DNA of 64,000 nucleotides. It comes from an uncultured candidatus Brocadiaceae bacterium. Its GTDB lineage: Bacteria; Planctomycetota; UBA1135; UBA2386. The DNA is taken from positions 121 through 64,120 of the forward strand of contig CAZMGG010000011.1 in assembly GCA_964565715.1 (NCBI GenBank), in the 5' to 3' direction. Shown here in pieces: positions 61,699-64,000 of the stretch. The notes under the pieces are model-generated. The model was given only the letters and a program-made list of their open reading frames with translations, was not told the DNA's origin and searched no databases. Position 1 is the first letter of the stretch. The number at the start of each line of letters is the position of its first letter. The translations under genes were made by a program, and so were the position numbers.

Positions 61699-64000
61699 AT
61701 GAAGTCCCGCCTGCTGGTCGCCGTGTCGTTGGTTCTCGCCCTCGCCGGGGGCGGGGTGGTGGCGCAGGGTCAGGGCACCCAGGGGAACGGTCAGGGCACC
61801 ACCCAGCGCGCCGGTGAGTTCGAGCAGTGGAAGGCCGACCTCGAGCGCGTCGGTCCCGAGGCCGCCGAGGCCCGCCTCGCCGCCATCGAGAACCTGCTCT
61901 CCATGCTCGACCTGCGCGCCCACACCCTGCTGCAGGAGAAGCTGCGCAAGGCGCCCGGCCCCGACTCCCTGCACGAGCCGATCCTCACCGCCGTCGGCCG
62001 CCGCGTCCGCACCGGCGACCGCGCCTTCTCGGTCGGCGACGAACAGCGCGAACTGCGCCAGCAGATCCTGCGGGCCTGGGTGCCCACCCTCGCCTCCTTC
62101 TGGCTGCAGCCCGATCCGCTACCCGCCGGCACCAGCGGCCAGGCCACCAACGCCCAGCCCGAGCCCTTCCGCGACCTGGCCCGCGCCTGCATCACCCGCT
62201 GGCCGGTGCGCGAGCTGGAGGAGGGCCTGCGCGCGGTGATGGCGCTGCCGACCCAGGACGTGGCCATGAAGGTGGCCGCCCTCTGGACCGCCGCCGACAG
62301 CCAGAACCTCTATCTGGCGCCGTTCCTCGCCGACCAGTACGCCAGCGACGACGCCCGGGTGCGGGTGGCCGCCCGCGCCGCCCTCCGCCTGCTCACCCTG
62401 CAGGACGCCGAGTTCGCCACCGCCGAGCAGTTCAAGGCCTGGTTCCAGCAGAACGGCAACCGCCGCTACCTCGACCTGGCCGAACAGGCCGCCCGGGCCG
62501 CCGACGGCCGCGTCCAGCGCCTGCAGCAGGAGTACCGCCAGCGCCTGCTGGACGGCGTCACCGAACTCATGCTGGCGCTGGCCGACCCCCGCGCCGGCGT
62601 CGACTGGGCCGCGGTGCAGGCCCGCGTCCTGCTCGACGACCCGCCGGGCACCATGGATGCCTGCCTCGAGCGCCTGCGCGTCCGCCTGCAGGATGACGTC
62701 CACACCGAGAACCACACCGCCCAGCGCCAGGCCTTCCACAAGGCCCTGCTCGACGAACTCGGCCGGCTCGGCACCGGCAACCCGCGCCGCCGCGCCCTGC
62801 TGCTCGAGAACGCCGCCTTCCTGCTCCGCCCCGACGGCGCCCTCTCCGCCGACATGGAGAAGCTGCTGGTGCAGCACCTCGACTCCAGCGAGCCGCTGGT
62901 GGCGACCGCCGCCATCCGCGGTCTCGCCCGTTTTCCCACCGCCAGCAGCCGCGCCGGCCTCGTCAAGAACGCCCGCGCCGCCCTCGAACTGGCCAGCGAT
63001 GCCTCCCTCGAGCGCGTCCGCGCCATCCTGCGCACCCTCGGCCGTCGGGCCAACCCGACCTGGCGCGCGCCCGCCCCCAACGACGCCGACAAGGCCGAGT
63101 GGCTGGCCCTGATCCGCGCCGTCTTCGACCAGGCCTGGCTCCGGCCGCTCCGCGCCGACGCGATGACCGTGGCCCTGCTCACCGATCCGAACGGCGAGCG
63201 CGTTCCCGAGGTCTTCGACACCCTGCTGGCCCTGGCCCAGGATCCGCAGCAGGACTACGAGCTGCGCTCCACCAGCCTGATCCACCTCAAGGACTTCCTC
63301 GGCAACGAGGCCCGCGCCGACGCCTTCGTCCGCCAGGTCGCCGGTCTGCTGGCCGACACCGACAAGGAGATCCGGCTGTTCGCCGCCAACCGGCTCTCCC
63401 AGCTCCCCGACCACGCCGACGCCAAGCGCCGCGAATGGGTGCTCGTGGTCCTGCAGGCGGCCCGCGATCGCGCCCTCGTCGAGCCCGATCCGGGCGTCCT
63501 CCGCGCCCTGGTCGCCACCATGTCGGCCTGCGCCCGCCCGCCCGGCAGCGCCGACCAGGCGATCGGTTCGATCATCCTCGTGCTCGAAGGCATCGGCTTC
63601 CCGGTCCCCGCCGACCAGCAGTTCCGCATCGCCCCCCTGCTGGCCGCCCTCACCGCCATCGCCGCCGAACCGATGACCGATCCGGCCCCGTGGCTCAGCG
63701 CCTGCCGCGTCCTGCAGCAGCACGAGCAGCGGCCCAGCCTCCGCCACGTGCTGCAGAGCCAGCACGCCGCGCGCCTGGCTCCGGACGTGGCCTCCACCGA
63801 CGCCGGCCTCGCCCAGCGCGCCCGCCTGGCGATGCACTTCCTGATCCAGGCCGCCCTGCACAAGCCCCCGAAGGACTCCTGGACCTCCCCGGACCTCAAG
63901 GCCGAGGCCTCGGACGTCCGTTCCGCCCTGGTCGCCCTGGACGGCATCGACGCCGACCTCGACGCGGCGCCGATCCGCCTCATGCGCCTCGAGATCCTCA
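61699..64000 (+). CDS. large secreted helical-repeat (HEAT/ARM-like) protein, 5' part (runs off right edge)
   Basis: It is not in the ORF track because it has no stop in the window. I read the frame codon by codon from ATG 61699 to 64000 and found no stop, with very high GC3. Signal peptide MKSRLLVAVSLVLALAGGGVVAQ. Helical repeats include DARVRVAARAALRLL, EPLVATAAIRGLARF and DKEIRLFAANRLSQL. Confidence 0.8.
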   Translation, partial: MKSRLLVAVSLVLALAGGGVVAQGQGTQGNGQGTTQRAGEFEQWKADLERVGPEAAEARLAAIENLLSMLDLRAHTLLQEKLRKAPGPDSLHEPILTAVGRRVRTGDRAFSVGDEQRELRQQILRAWVPTLASFWLQPDPLPAGTSGQATNAQPEPFRDLARACITRWPVRELEEGLRAVMALPTQDVAMKVAALWTAADSQNLYLAPFLADQYASDDARVRVAARAALRLLTLQDAEFATAEQFKAWFQQNGNRRYLDLAEQAARAADGRVQRLQQEYRQRLLDGVTELMLALADPRAGVDWAAVQARVLLDDPPGTMDACLERLRVRLQDDVHTENHTAQRQAFHKALLDELGRLGTGNPRRRALLLENAAFLLRPDGALSADMEKLLVQHLDSSEPLVATAAIRGLARFPTASSRAGLVKNARAALELASDASLERVRAILRTLGRRANPTWRAPAPNDADKAEWLALIRAVFDQAWLRPLRADAMTVALLTDPNGERVPEVFDTLLALAQDPQQDYELRSTSLIHLKDFLGNEARADAFVRQVAGLLADTDKEIRLFAANRLSQLPDHADAKRREWVLVVLQAARDRALVEPDPGVLRALVATMSACARPPGSADQAIGSIILVLEGIGFPVPADQQFRIAPLLAALTAIAAEPMTDPAPWLSACRVLQQHEQRPSLRHVLQSQHAARLAPDVASTDAGLAQRARLAMHFLIQAALHKPPKDSWTSPDLKAEASDVRSALVALDGIDADLDAAPIRLMRLEIL

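Overview
High-GC bacterial chromosomal segment (about 70% G+C by hand counts on sampled lines). Gene content suggests a PVC/Planctomycetota-like lineage: a DUF1501 plus DUF1549-like pair, a giant SGNH/beta-propeller/HEAT/PA14 protein, an AroD-AroE fusion, and many secreted proteins whose signal peptides end in LPAQ/LAAQ. That taxonomic call is inference only.

About 50 genes are supportable.
- Housekeeping, left part: furA-katG, type III glutamine synthetase, lgt, rpmB and tRNA-Arg(TCT).
- Housekeeping, right part: a tightly overlapped run pssA / folK-panC / ispE / spoVG / DUF2520 / aroDE / aroK.
- Between them, accessory-looking genes: M14 carboxypeptidase, sulfatase, alkaline-phosphatase family protein, DPP-IV, GNAT and a DUF4143 ATPase.

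Most interesting observations:
1. A thioredoxin-fold gene is interrupted by an in-frame TGA exactly at the expected redox position (C-T-TGA). A perfect 7-bp hairpin starts 11 nt downstream, so this is a candidate selenoprotein with a SECIS element.
2. Immediately upstream on the same strand is a SET-domain methyltransferase gene. It sits 11 nt from a 1666-aa Pls/PosA-type single-module NRPS that carries an extra C-terminal polytopic DUF418-like domain.
3. A four-gene minus-strand operon encodes a DUF1549-like protein, a Tat-signal DUF1501 protein, a decaheme cytochrome c fused to LVIVD-type repeats, and a protein with about 10 EF-hands.
4. A lower-GC island (about 48.4-54.3 kb) holds a 12-Cys small protein translationally coupled to a membrane-anchored beta-sandwich repeat protein. 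A second paralog there appears frameshifted.
5. A roughly 100-aa C-terminal module is shared by four secreted proteins, two of them tandem paralogs.

No CRISPR array, transposase, integrase or rRNA was seen. The long antisense ORFs in the track are high-GC artefacts. All functional calls rest on motif recognition by eye; no database search was possible.
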